NCBI GenBank assembly: GCA_963828935.1
Contig: CAWHGP010000005.1
Coordinates: forward strand, 359,100 to 423,099
Length of the DNA: 64,000 bases
DNA from: an uncultured Acidobacteriota bacterium
Lineage (GTDB): Bacteria > Acidobacteriota > Terriglobia > Acidiferrales > UBA7541
Direction of reading: 5' to 3'
The position numbers were made by a program, and so were the translations under genes. Positions 30,982-40,416 of the stretch are shown here, one piece after another (within the stretch, counting starts at the first letter, position 1; each line of letters starts with the position of its first letter). The notes below the pieces were generated by a model. It worked only from the letters and a program-made list of their open reading frames with translations. It ran no database searches and was not told the DNA's origin.

Positions 30982-31848
30982 TTATTTGGCCGCTTCGTCT
31001 CCCGTACCCGCCGGTACGGCCAGTGTATCCCGATACTCGATGGCTTGCGATGGGACGCAGAAAACCTCCTGGAAATCTTGCGCCTTCATCCAGTAGTAAT
31101 TCGCTTTCAAGAATACCCACGGCTTGGTGTAGAACTTCGGATCGTCCAGCGTGGCCGTCAACTGTATGGTGTATTGGTCCACGCGCGTGTAGCGCTCCTC
31201 GATGTGCGCGGTCCTGCTCTTCACGTGCCCGGCCTCGTCCAGCCAGGATCCCTCGTCCAGTCCCGTCGTTTCGATGACGAACGTGTAGTCCCCATCCCAG
31301 TGCCCTATCGAATATCCGTAAAATCTCGAATCAGGGTACCCTTTGGCGTCGATGTTTTTGGGCAGTTCGCGCCCATCCATCCACACTTCCCGCCACACAC
31401 GCTGGTGCTGCTTCAGAATGATCATCCGGTCCGCCACTGGCTCGAACCACATTCCCCCCCGGCTCTCGATCGCGTGATTAAACAGATCCCTCGGAAAACC
31501 GAGCGGATCACACGTCGCGAAGGGGTCATTGGTGGCCGCCAGACGCACCACAGACTCAGGCTTATTGAGCTTGAACCGCGCCTCGCCCGCGGGCGTCATC
31601 GGGGGCATCGGATCTCGCGTAGTCTTTATTGGTCCCGCCCAAGCGCCCGTTATATCCCGCTTGGGAGCAGGCCCGGGCGGGTTCGGCATCTTAGGAATTC
31701 CCGCGCCGACATACTCGTCGGCCTGCTGCACGAAGCCTGTCGGGAACTGCTTCTTTGGCTGTTGCGGCTGTGTTTGCGCCACAACAGTCGATGAAAGCGC
31801 TACTACCGCAAAGAAAGCAGCGATTGTTTCAGCGACTCGATTTCGCAT
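30982..31848 (-). CDS. A-type exported protein (A2)
   Basis: Differs from A1 at a single residue within the predicted product (KSRTAH versus KSKTAH). Confidence 0.8.
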   Translation of the reverse strand: MRNRVAETIAAFFAVVALSSTVVAQTQPQQPKKQFPTGFVQQADEYVGAGIPKMPNPPGPAPKRDITGAWAGPIKTTRDPMPPMTPAGEARFKLNKPESVVRLAATNDPFATCDPLGFPRDLFNHAIESRGGMWFEPVADRMIILKQHQRVWREVWMDGRELPKNIDAKGYPDSRFYGYSIGHWDGDYTFVIETTGLDEGSWLDEAGHVKSRTAHIEERYTRVDQYTIQLTATLDDPKFYTKPWVFLKANYYWMKAQDFQEVFCVPSQAIEYRDTLAVPAGTGDEAAK

Positions 31849-31999
31849 CTTCCTTCTCCTCTGCACGTAACACGGGCGACATCACCCGACCCAATTGCCC
31901 AAGCCAGACCTTCCGAAAGATCGGAGCCAAAATGCCCGCTCGTCTCTCCCTCTCTGCGCTTCGGCTATCGCGTCTCGGCGACGGTTCCCCTATTTGCCG

Positions 32000-32464
32000 T
32001 TACTTGCTGTTCGAACCCGCATCGGGAGCGGATGTTGGCCCCTGGCCAGGAACGTTGTACCGGTTCTTCCCGGCGGCTCCACCAAGCTGCGTATCATGCA
32101 ACTCCGTCCCATCGGCCAGCACGAGCTTGTTGAGGCGGCCGACCGGGGCACCCGATTTGCTCGGATACACGTAAACGGTAGTTACGTCCCCAGGGGCGAT
32201 GGAAGTCTTGCTCCAACCGATGAGCCCAATATTCGTAGCCGGGCCCGTTTCAACAACCCAATGCTCGACGGTCCCTTTGTCGTTCTTGGCATCGAAATTG
32301 ATCAGGCAATGAGGACTCGCCCACATGAACTTCGTCACCGTTGCTTGCTTGAGTTCAATGAGCTTCTCCGAGTAAGCCGCGCTTCCATGATGTGCCAGCG
32401 CAGAGCCGCAAACACCGAGAAATCCAACACACAGCACGAACCGCACGAGCGACCTGCTCTTCAT
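32000..32464 (-). CDS. B-type small exported protein (B2), DUF6152-like
   Basis: Same leader and ALA|HHGSAAY as B1. About twenty substitutions in the core and an unrelated Gly/Pro/Ser-rich tail. Confidence 0.8.
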   Translation of the reverse strand: MKSRSLVRFVLCVGFLGVCGSALAHHGSAAYSEKLIELKQATVTKFMWASPHCLINFDAKNDKGTVEHWVVETGPATNIGLIGWSKTSIAPGDVTTVYVYPSKSGAPVGRLNKLVLADGTELHDTQLGGAAGKNRYNVPGQGPTSAPDAGSNSK

Positions 32465-32594
32465 TCGCTACCTCCTCGAAAAAGAACCTTCGCGATTGGT
32501 ATTATCATACACTCATCCCCGTCCGCAAGTCAGACCGATATTCCTCACCTTAAAACCTGATTGGCACCTCGGTCTGAATTCCGCTGGGCCGATC

Positions 32595-33791
32595 TTATCT
32601 GTCTGTCCGCCAGCTCGGAATTGGCTTGCCGAACTTCGCGGTGTCAATCGCGACGTTCGCATGTAGCTCGCTCATGATCAGCGTCGAGCGGCCGTCCGTC
32701 CAGGTCACGACCCATTGATAGGGCATCTTCACCCCGTTCACGTCACGATAGTCCGAGAAATCTACCTGCGTCGGAACGACGCCCACGGGCGAATTCGAAT
32801 AACGAACGTAGCGCAGCAGAAGGCCCGAAGTCGAATCAAAGTACAACTTAACAGGAAGCCCCCCGGCTACCAATCTTCCCTGTATCACTTGCACTTCTTC
32901 TTTGGCCGTATCGATTTTCTCCGGAAACCCCACTCGCCAGTCGACCAATGACTCTTTGATCTTCATGGGAAAAGACACTATGGCGTCAAACTTCGCCCCG
33001 GCGAGATCGTCCCCAGTGAGCGGAATCAGAGGAAGCGGTCGCAGCGTTTGCGGAGCAGACAGCCAGCCCGCCCGCCCATCGTAAGCCCAGATGCTATCGC
33101 CGTCCGGCATGTGAGCAAACGTGGCACGCTGGTTCGGAGCCCTTGCATAGACGTCCACTGAAACCTTCTCCAACGCCGTTTCATATCCTTGGTAGGTGCC
33201 CTTCCCCGCGAAACTCGTCACAGCCGACGCGCGCTGTGCCCCACCGATGGCCTGGATATATTTGTTGAAGATAGGATCGACCGATGCGTCCCTGTTGGCC
33301 ACGATTTCATCCGGCTCAGTGTCCGGCATTTCGCTGTATTGAATCGCCAAATCGGGGATCACCCGCGGGTGCGTAGTACCCCGGTGGCACGTCCAGCAGG
33401 TCACCATGCGCTGCCCACTAAACGAAGTCCGGTTAATCGTCTGCACCAGAAGGATCATCATGCGCGCACGATTCTTGAGCGGTGTGTCGTCGGCATACTT
33501 AGCCCAATCGCTTCCGCTGTCTTCGGTATGGCAATCGGTGCAGTTCAGGCCGGTGGAGGCGGCGAAAAAACCCATCGTCTCCATGAATTCCTCCACCGGA
33601 ACGCCCTTGAGCAACTGAACATTCTTGAACACCTGCTCGACCAACTGTGGCTTCTGTTCCGTACCTGCGCCGGTTCCTTGGCCGCGCGCGATCACGCAGC
33701 CGAGCAGGCAAAATGCGGCCATTCCCGCAGCACGCAATATCACCCTGGAGACACTCGCATTCATCTCGCCCCGTCTCGCCATCTTCAACAC
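32595..33791 (-). CDS. D-type dihaem c-type cytochrome (photosynthetic-reaction-centre cytochrome-subunit-like N-domain plus ~250-aa C-terminal domain), D1
   Basis: FKNVQLLKGVPVEEFMETMGFFAASTGLNCTDCH ... MVTCWTCHRG (two CxxCH motifs). The C-terminal part looks like a LolA-like beta domain (YIQAIGG..., LYFDSTSGLLLRYV, DYRDVNGVKMPY). Confidence 0.8.
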   Translation of the reverse strand: MLKMARRGEMNASVSRVILRAAGMAAFCLLGCVIARGQGTGAGTEQKPQLVEQVFKNVQLLKGVPVEEFMETMGFFAASTGLNCTDCHTEDSGSDWAKYADDTPLKNRARMMILLVQTINRTSFSGQRMVTCWTCHRGTTHPRVIPDLAIQYSEMPDTEPDEIVANRDASVDPIFNKYIQAIGGAQRASAVTSFAGKGTYQGYETALEKVSVDVYARAPNQRATFAHMPDGDSIWAYDGRAGWLSAPQTLRPLPLIPLTGDDLAGAKFDAIVSFPMKIKESLVDWRVGFPEKIDTAKEEVQVIQGRLVAGGLPVKLYFDSTSGLLLRYVRYSNSPVGVVPTQVDFSDYRDVNGVKMPYQWVVTWTDGRSTLIMSELHANVAIDTAKFGKPIPSWRTDR

Positions 33792-33865
33792 CGTTCACCT
33801 TGCCTTCATGGCATTCATCCCCCAAGGCCTCGACAGCTTCCTACCTTGACGGGCATTGAAACTCC

Positions 33866-34200
33866 CTAAGGCCGCAAAACGCCGGCCCGTTGTCGCAGCA
33901 AATCACTTGCGGGTTCCTGCGCTCGGCCATGATCCCCTCCGGCACCCGCGTCGCCCTCCGGCTGGCAAAGCTGGTATCCACCTCCAAAGCCAGACACTCC
34001 CCGCACTGACCGCCTAGGCTGACAGTGGCGGCTTGATGCCGCCAGCGGCACTAAGCCGTATGCACACCGCTGACTGAAGGCATATTCCGGCCTCGTCTGC
34101 CCGGCAGCGGCCTTCAAGGCTATCAGATTCTCCCGTTTTTTCGAATCACCGACTGCAGCGCTTCCTTGTCCAGGCTCAGATCCGTAGGACGCGGCCTCAT
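33866..34200 (-). mobile_element. Scar of an IS3-family element
   Basis: Minus-strand frames read DLSLDKEALQSVIRKN (orfA tail) and GECLALEVDTSFASRRATRVPEGIMAERRNPQVICCDNGPAF (integrase core), with most of the element missing. Confidence 0.55.
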
Positions 34201-34219
34201 GGGTAGTATAGGCCGCTCA

Positions 34220-37200
34220 TTAAAAGATGTATTTCAGGGCGATTTGAATGATGCGCGGAGCCACCACCTGGGTGCTGATTAACCCGAACGTCGACTGATT
34301 GGCGGCCGTGTTCGGCAAATTAAACTGTGGATGGTTAAACGCGTTGAAAAATTCGGCGCGGAACTGCAGCGACTGGCCTTCCCGGATGGCAATGAGTTTT
34401 GCCAGCGACATGTCCCAATTGTATTGGCCAGGTCCCAGCACGCTACCGCCAGCCACGTTGCCGAAGCCCGAAGCCGCTCCTGCGGGAGCGGTCTGGTTGG
34501 GACCGAGCGGGACGAACGCACTGCCATTCCAATAGGGAGCATTGCACAGCACCCCTTGGGTCTTGCTGTTAAAATAACCCACACCGCTAGAGCTTCCGAC
34601 CGGAATGCCCAGCAATCCGCTGGAGACGCGATCTTCTATGCTCCCTGTAGTTAGCAAATTGGCCGCCGTCATCCCCGGACAAAATGTCGCGTTCGAGCCC
34701 GAGCCGGTGCCGCCGAAGAATACCGATCCGCCATTATCCGTTACGGTCAGCGGCAGGCCGCCCTGTCTCGTGGTTACGCCGGACCACGTCCAATCGTCAA
34801 CCAAACGACCTACGAGCCCCTTGTAACGGGGGACAGGCAAATTCCAGACATAGTTAATCACAAAGCGGTTCGGATGGTAGTTGCTATTCGGCTCATACAC
34901 TTGAGCAAGATAGGGGTAGGTGTTGAACCCTTCCGTCTGGGTATCGAGAGCCTGGGCATAGGTGAAGTCGGCTTGCAAGGTTAATCCGTAGGATATCTGC
35001 TTACGAACCGTAAATTGTACCCCATTGTATTTGAGCAGGCCGTTGTACGTGAATTGCGAAGCAGTCGGACTTACACCCAGGTAAGGCACGCGCTCAATCA
35101 CATTCGCCGCAGTGCTTGTGGTCACTCCGGTGAGCGCGCAACTGGAACAGTGCCCATCGGTTGCGAGAGGCGCGAGGTTGAAACCAATCTCAGAACCTCC
35201 CTGTCCTTGATGCCCATCAAATGAGGAGCGGGTTTGAGGCAGCTGATCGATGCCATGAGACCCGACGTAAGCGACCTCCAGCACCCAGTTGTGCAAAAAC
35301 TCATACTGGGTGTTGAGATTCCACTGGTACATCAGAGGAACCTTCAAACCCGGCCCGACGCCCGATGAAGTTAGGTTCGAACTGCAAGGAGGCGCGGGGC
35401 ATACCACGGGTATCGGGGTCGATACGTCGAGCCACCGAGTGACCCATCCAGCAGTGCCCTGCGGTCCGGGATAAACGGCCGGCCCGAACTGAAAGGGTTG
35501 TGCCAGAGTGGCGAGTGTATTTGGACTAGCGTTGGGTATCAATCCGGGCTGGGAGATCTCGAGCACATTCATGAATGACTGTCCTGGCGTGGCATCATAG
35601 AAAAAGCCGCCGCCGCCACGCATAACCCAACGAGCGCTTTTCGTGGGTTGCCAGGCGAACCCGAGACGCGGAGCAAAATCGTCTTTAGGGGAGTTGGGAT
35701 TGGTCAGCCCATCATTACTGTTCACAAAAACACCCGGCGGGACGGGGCCCGGGTAATTGGCCGGTACCACAAATCCAGCCAGGGTGCCCGTCTGCGGCGT
35801 GCTGCCCGGAAGCGCCACCGTTCCCGCCAAGCTGGGCCAGATGCTGCTCATTAGGCCCCGGCCTTCGTAGATGTTGCCGTCGTATTCCCACCGGAGTCCG
35901 GCGTTCACCGTTAAACGCGGGGCTAACTTGTAGTCATCCTGAACAAAACCACTCAGCACGTTGAGGCGGAAATAATTGGAGAATAGGCCATTTTCACTGC
36001 CTCCTCCGCCACTGCTACTGGTTGAAAAACCATTGGTGTTGCCGGGATTGTTGGGCCCGCAGACGCCAACTCCGGTGAAAGCCTGACACGATGCCCTGCC
36101 GATCAGGAAATCGGCAAGCGAGTTGAATGACGCCGACGGCACCGCATGCCCTGGGAAGGAAGTCCTCACCTGCACGTGCCAAGCACCTACGCCAAACCGA
36201 AGCGAGTGATCTCCGTGTTGCCAGGAAATCTGCTCGTTGGCTTGGAATTGGTTAACTATATCGTTCACACCGAAACTAGTGTTGGCCCCGAAACTAAACC
36301 CCGGAGTGGTAATGGACGCGAGTTGATCGTATCCCGGCACCAAATCCGCGATGCCCACCTGCGAATTCGTGAAGGGAGTTAGATCCGAGCTCACCGTCGA
36401 GATGCGCTGGTAGGCGACATTTGCTTGGTTCACCACATTCGTGGATAAAACCGAGGTAAGTTTCAGGATAGCTTGTTGGTTGTCGTGAGTGATCTGCACA
36501 CCATTCCCAGGCAGATACACACCAACCGGAGAGTTGGAATCGTTGGACGGGAAACCCCCGGAAATAGGATCTTTTTCGTACTGATAACGGGCGGCGAGGG
36601 TTTCCTTGCTATTGATCACGTAATCCCAATTGTTCAAGAAGTTGTGATCGCGAAATGTGGCAGGATCCGCAAACCCCTCGCTCGCGAAAGCTGCGCTGGC
36701 CCCCGAGCCGACGCCCGAGCCGGGAATCATATATTGGCCGTTGGGGAACCGAAGTTGCAAAATACTGATGGCCACAGGATTCATGTTCGCCAGCGGGGCG
36801 GCCGGGCTCAACGCGCACTGCACCTGGATGGTGGTATTCGTGGCGGCACTGGTTTGGAAATTCTTAACCGTACCGGCCGGTTTATTGCCGGGGCACATGT
36901 TGGCCGCCAAATCCGTTACGAACTTTGTTGTCGCCGCGCTGCACTGGGCCAGCGTGGTCCAACCGGCGGGACAGGTGCCGCGGTCTTCCAGCGGAATCGG
37001 AGGTAACGTGGCTACTGACTGGCCGAATGCCGAAATACCGTTCGTCTGGCGGGTTTCCTGATAAGAGGCGAAGAAGAAGAGCTTATCTTTCTTGACTGGT
37101 CCGCCGAATGTGCCCCCGAACTGATTGGAGTTCAAAACCCCTCTCGGCTCACCTAAAACGTTGTTGATAAAACTATTCGCATTTAGTGCGGTGTTGCGGA

Positions 37201-38050
37201 AGAATTCAAACGCGTCTCCATGGAAGTTATTCGTGCCTGTTTTGGTGATCACGTTGACGCTCGCGCCGGGATTGCGCCCGTAGCCCGCGTCGGCGCTCGA
37301 GGTTTGGACCTTGAATTCTTGAATGGAATCGGGATTGGGAAGCACGAAAGTGCCGCCTGAAAAGGACTCCTGACCGGTGTTGAAGCTCAAATAGGAAGTG
37401 ACATCGACGCCGTCTTGTGAAAAATTATTTTGAGAAAAGCCCGCGCCATTTACGGCAATGTAGGTAACGCCCTTCCCAATCTGGCTGGCGTTTGGGGCGT
37501 TGGAGTTGGCTCCCGCAGACATCGACAAGAGGCTTGTGTAGTTGCGGGTGTTCAGGGGCAGCTCCGCCACCGTTCTGTTGGTCAGCACTTGCCCCATTGC
37601 CGAACTGGTGGTCTGAATGTTCTCTACCGAACCTTCCACCGTAACCGTCTGCGCCGTGGCACCCACCTCGAGAGCCCGGTCCATCGCTTCCGTCTCCGTA
37701 ACCAATACGGTTAGGGAAGGAATCTCGACGGCTTTGAATCCGTTGGCCTCAATTCTTAGCCGGTAATTGCCCGGTGGCAGCAAACTGAATTTGTACGTGC
37801 CGTCCGCCTCAGTCATCGTGGTTCGTGTCTGGCTGGTATCCACGCTTGTAGCCGTGACTGTGGCGTTCGGCACCGCGGCGCCGGAAGCATCGGTAATTCT
37901 TCCGGTCAACGCGCCCGTCGACGCCGTCTGGGCCATGAGGGTTGTTCCGGAAAACAAGACAATAAGGATGAGAACCACACACAGGCGCTTACACCCCATA
38001 GTGTCCCCCTTTGGGGAGATAGAAGAATCGGAACGGCTCGCGTTCCGCAT
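34220..38050 (-). CDS. TonB-dependent receptor with an N-terminal carboxypeptidase-regulatory-like domain (TBDR2)
   Basis: STGALTGRITDASGAAVPNATVTATSVDTSQ...GTYKFSLLPPGNYRLRIEANGF, plug motifs, and a barrel ending APRIIQIALKYIF. Paralogous to TBDR1 throughout. The likely start is the ATG at 37999 (MGCKRLCVV...). Confidence 0.9.
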   Translation of the reverse strand: MRNASRSDSSISPKGDTMGCKRLCVVLILIVLFSGTTLMAQTASTGALTGRITDASGAAVPNATVTATSVDTSQTRTTMTEADGTYKFSLLPPGNYRLRIEANGFKAVEIPSLTVLVTETEAMDRALEVGATAQTVTVEGSVENIQTTSSAMGQVLTNRTVAELPLNTRNYTSLLSMSAGANSNAPNASQIGKGVTYIAVNGAGFSQNNFSQDGVDVTSYLSFNTGQESFSGGTFVLPNPDSIQEFKVQTSSADAGYGRNPGASVNVITKTGTNNFHGDAFEFFRNTALNANSFINNVLGEPRGVLNSNQFGGTFGGPVKKDKLFFFASYQETRQTNGISAFGQSVATLPPIPLEDRGTCPAGWTTLAQCSAATTKFVTDLAANMCPGNKPAGTVKNFQTSAATNTTIQVQCALSPAAPLANMNPVAISILQLRFPNGQYMIPGSGVGSGASAAFASEGFADPATFRDHNFLNNWDYVINSKETLAARYQYEKDPISGGFPSNDSNSPVGVYLPGNGVQITHDNQQAILKLTSVLSTNVVNQANVAYQRISTVSSDLTPFTNSQVGIADLVPGYDQLASITTPGFSFGANTSFGVNDIVNQFQANEQISWQHGDHSLRFGVGAWHVQVRTSFPGHAVPSASFNSLADFLIGRASCQAFTGVGVCGPNNPGNTNGFSTSSSGGGGSENGLFSNYFRLNVLSGFVQDDYKLAPRLTVNAGLRWEYDGNIYEGRGLMSSIWPSLAGTVALPGSTPQTGTLAGFVVPANYPGPVPPGVFVNSNDGLTNPNSPKDDFAPRLGFAWQPTKSARWVMRGGGGFFYDATPGQSFMNVLEISQPGLIPNASPNTLATLAQPFQFGPAVYPGPQGTAGWVTRWLDVSTPIPVVCPAPPCSSNLTSSGVGPGLKVPLMYQWNLNTQYEFLHNWVLEVAYVGSHGIDQLPQTRSSFDGHQGQGGSEIGFNLAPLATDGHCSSCALTGVTTSTAANVIERVPYLGVSPTASQFTYNGLLKYNGVQFTVRKQISYGLTLQADFTYAQALDTQTEGFNTYPYLAQVYEPNSNYHPNRFVINYVWNLPVPRYKGLVGRLVDDWTWSGVTTRQGGLPLTVTDNGGSVFFGGTGSGSNATFCPGMTAANLLTTGSIEDRVSSGLLGIPVGSSSGVGYFNSKTQGVLCNAPYWNGSAFVPLGPNQTAPAGAASGFGNVAGGSVLGPGQYNWDMSLAKLIAIREGQSLQFRAEFFNAFNHPQFNLPNTAANQSTFGLISTQVVAPRIIQIALKYIF

Positions 38051-38064
38051 TTTTTATGGCGTGG

Positions 38065-38097
38065 GATATAGCAAATGCTTCGCTTGTCTGTCAAGCT
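38065..38097 (-). promoter_or_regulatory. Putative sigma70-type promoter of TBDR2
   Basis: The minus strand reads AGCTTGACAGA (38087-38097), a 17-18 nt spacer, then CTATAT/TATATC (38065-38071). Confidence 0.4.
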
Positions 38098-38774
38098 CAA
38101 TTGTGGTCTCGCCAGCACCGATGTCCGCTCGCAGACCAGTTGTCCTCTTTGGCCGAAGGGGTACCTCGCGGCGAACCAAATCCGCGTGCCGAGAAACCAT
38201 TACGCCGATAAGCGACCAGCATCGCAATGCTCATCAAAAAGCAGCGTGGAAAATGCAATGCCCCACATCGATAGGTTCGGCCGTACATTAGGTGGGGCCG
38301 CAGGCCCGATGAGGATCTGGGCTTGGCACTGCCTTTGACCGTCATGGGGGTTGTTTACGGTGCCGGAAGCCGGAGCAATAGCCCGTGCAGGACTGAACCT
38401 GCAAGTGACCCCGGATGGCGATACTTCCACAGCCAAAGCTTACTATCGGCGAAGCCGCTGGTTGAAGTGATCAGCTGAGATTCCGACGAAGGAGTATCTC
38501 CGCCGATTCGCGGAGTCTTTTCAACGTTGCAAAGACGCCGAGTTGTTGCACAGATTCGGTTTGGGACTTAGCCGAGAGTGCAGCGCTGGCTCGAACTAGA
38601 TTTCTGAGCGAGCGATGGGCCGGGTCTGTGTGATTCCTAACGTGCCAAACTTGGCGATAAGTAAGCGCATTTAATCCGCGAGGAGCGGGTATAACGCACG
38701 TGCGGTACGTCAAACTTCATCATGAGCCGAAGCAGTGAAGATCCGGATCAGCGGCTTCGGGATATTCGCGTTAG

Positions 38775-39736
38775 CTACTTGTTTTCGGGGTTCGGCTTCA
38801 CGGCCGGGGCTTCCTTGGTGTTTACGCCAACTACTTTATTATATTCCGCGTTTTCTGACGGCACACAGAAATTTTCTCTGATATCGAAATCGGGGGGCTG
38901 CAGGTAGAGAACGAGCTTATTTTGAGTCATCCACGGTTCCGTATACATCTGCGGGTCGTTAATAATCACCGTGTGTTCCATTCTGTCATTGTCCAACCGG
39001 TGAAATATTTCCGTAACCCGCACATCCTTGCTGTGCGGACGGCCGGCATGATCGATCCAGCTTTTTCATTCAGTCCGACCGTTTCGGACACGAAAGTGTA
39101 ATCGTCCATCCAGTGGCCAACAGAGTACCCGTTATATCGTGGTTTGGGATTCTTGGGGAGTTCTCGCCCGTCCGTCCAAATGGTGCGCCAATCGTGATTC
39201 ATTTCAGTCAAGAAAAGCACATGGTTCTTCGTCTGAACCAGCTGGAACGTCCTAAACTCAAAACTCTCCGTGTACGGGAACCCTACCGGCTCACAGCTGT
39301 CATATGGATCATTTGCGAGGAAGGAAGGGACTGATCTGATTGATGTTCCCGACGGCTTATGGGACTCAAGGGTTTTCTCTCCCAACGGCGTGTAAGGTAT
39401 GGGATGTGGAATACCATTCTCGTTAGGTTGCCCTGACCGAGGCCTAGGATCTCCTTGGGCGAACATAGCTGGATGTTCAGCCACGCCACCTGCCTGGACT
39501 CCCCCTGACTCTGTGGCATCCCAAATGCCAGAGAGGTCACGGCGCGGAGCGGGACCTGCCTTTCCCTTGTTACGGGCCGGATTGTCCCTCCCATTTCCAT
39601 TGAACGGGTCACTATTCCACTTGTCGCGCTTCGCCTCTGCTGACTGCGTTGGCGTGGCGGTTTGAGCGCGCAGAATCGGTGAGGACCTAAATACTGCAAG
39701 CAAGGCAATCGCCGCGAACACGAAGCGCTTTGGCAT
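38775..39736 (-). pseudogene. A-type exported protein (A3) with a single frameshift
   Basis: MPKRFVFAAIALLAVFRSSPILRAQ..., GPAPRRDLSGIW, CEPVGFPY, WTDGRELP, GYSVGHWMDDYTFVSETVGLNEK. The frame is lost at the T5/A5 run 39062-39066. The shifted frame continues SWIDHAGRPHSKDVRVTEIFHRLDNDRMEHTVIINDPQMYTEPW...FCVPSE (ORF 38775..39023). Confidence 0.8.
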
Positions 39737-39852
39737 TTGCGAAATCCTCCAACGTTCCGATTCCAACTTGCGATTGAGCTTCCGAATACTACACGCAAGC
39801 AACACACCGAGCCTGGCCTGGGCTCGGACCACTAGTGGTTGCGGCACTCACG

Positions 39853-40269
39853 CTAACCATTCGGAGAGCGACCGGCTGCGCCTCCGCCGGTGAACTCTCG
39901 ACCATTGATTACGATATGGCTGCCGGCAAAACGTCCGAGCGGGTTGGTCGCAGACTGGTTCTTGTAGGGAGTCACGTCAACAACCACTTCATCCCCGGGT
40001 TTGAACATAGCTTTGCTCCAGCCTTGGTTGGCCACGCTCGCTGTGCCTGCGGATTCTATAATCCAATGCGCCGTCTCACCGCTGTCGGTCTTCTCATCGA
40101 GCTTCAGGAAGCAGTGGGGATTAGCCCAAAACCACTGCGTGACCGTTCCCTTCACCGTCACTTTTTTCGAGGTGTCGTACACCGCGGCCCCGTGGTGTGC
40201 GAACAACGGAACGGAAACCGCCAACAGGCCCACCACCACCAGGGAAAAGACCGTAAGTTTGGTTCTCAA
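39853..40269 (-). CDS. B-type small exported protein (B3), DUF6152-like
   Basis: Signal ...VSVPLFA followed by HHGAAVY. Also WANPH, HWIIE, KPGD. Confidence 0.8.
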   Translation of the reverse strand: MRTKLTVFSLVVVGLLAVSVPLFAHHGAAVYDTSKKVTVKGTVTQWFWANPHCFLKLDEKTDSGETAHWIIESAGTASVANQGWSKAMFKPGDEVVVDVTPYKNQSATNPLGRFAGSHIVINGREFTGGGAAGRSPNG

Positions 40270-40416
40270 AGGAACCCTCCTTCCAAAAGTTCAGTCTGAA
40301 CCTCATACTAACTGGAATTTCCGATTCGAATAACAGGATCAATGTCTTAATCTATTCTGACTCGCCTGGCACGACCGGATGTTACGGACCGACATGACCT
40401 CCAACAATGGCTCTGA

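Larger units (their letters stand above)
29333..32590 (-). repeat. Tandem duplication of an A-B gene pair (two units of about 1.63 kb)
   Basis: Unit offset is 1630 nt (29352 to 30982). The A portions are almost identical. The B portions and intergenic parts are clearly diverged, but the ~140 bp upstream of B1 and B2 are again very similar. Confidence 0.9.

Noticed and set aside
29214-31794. Long plus-strand ORFs of 316 and 337 aa (29214..30164, 30781..31794) antisense to A1/A2. Similar antisense ORFs occur at 22172..22897, 26492..27343, 33189..33869, 42723..43319, 48616..49440 and 19095..19883.
   Set aside because: They are Arg/Pro/Gly-rich, low-complexity translations lying exactly opposite well-supported genes in GC-rich DNA. 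They have no RBS or recognisable motifs. This is the typical shadow-ORF artefact.
38051-38774. The long 5-prime region of TBDR2 was examined for a riboswitch (for example the cobalamin B12-box GCCACTG) or a small regulator gene. It contains ORFs of 70-90 aa, one with a weak resemblance to the N-terminus of duplicated FtsX-type permeases.
   Set aside because: No B12 box or other recognisable riboswitch core was seen by eye. The ORFs lack starts and RBS, and the similarity is too weak.
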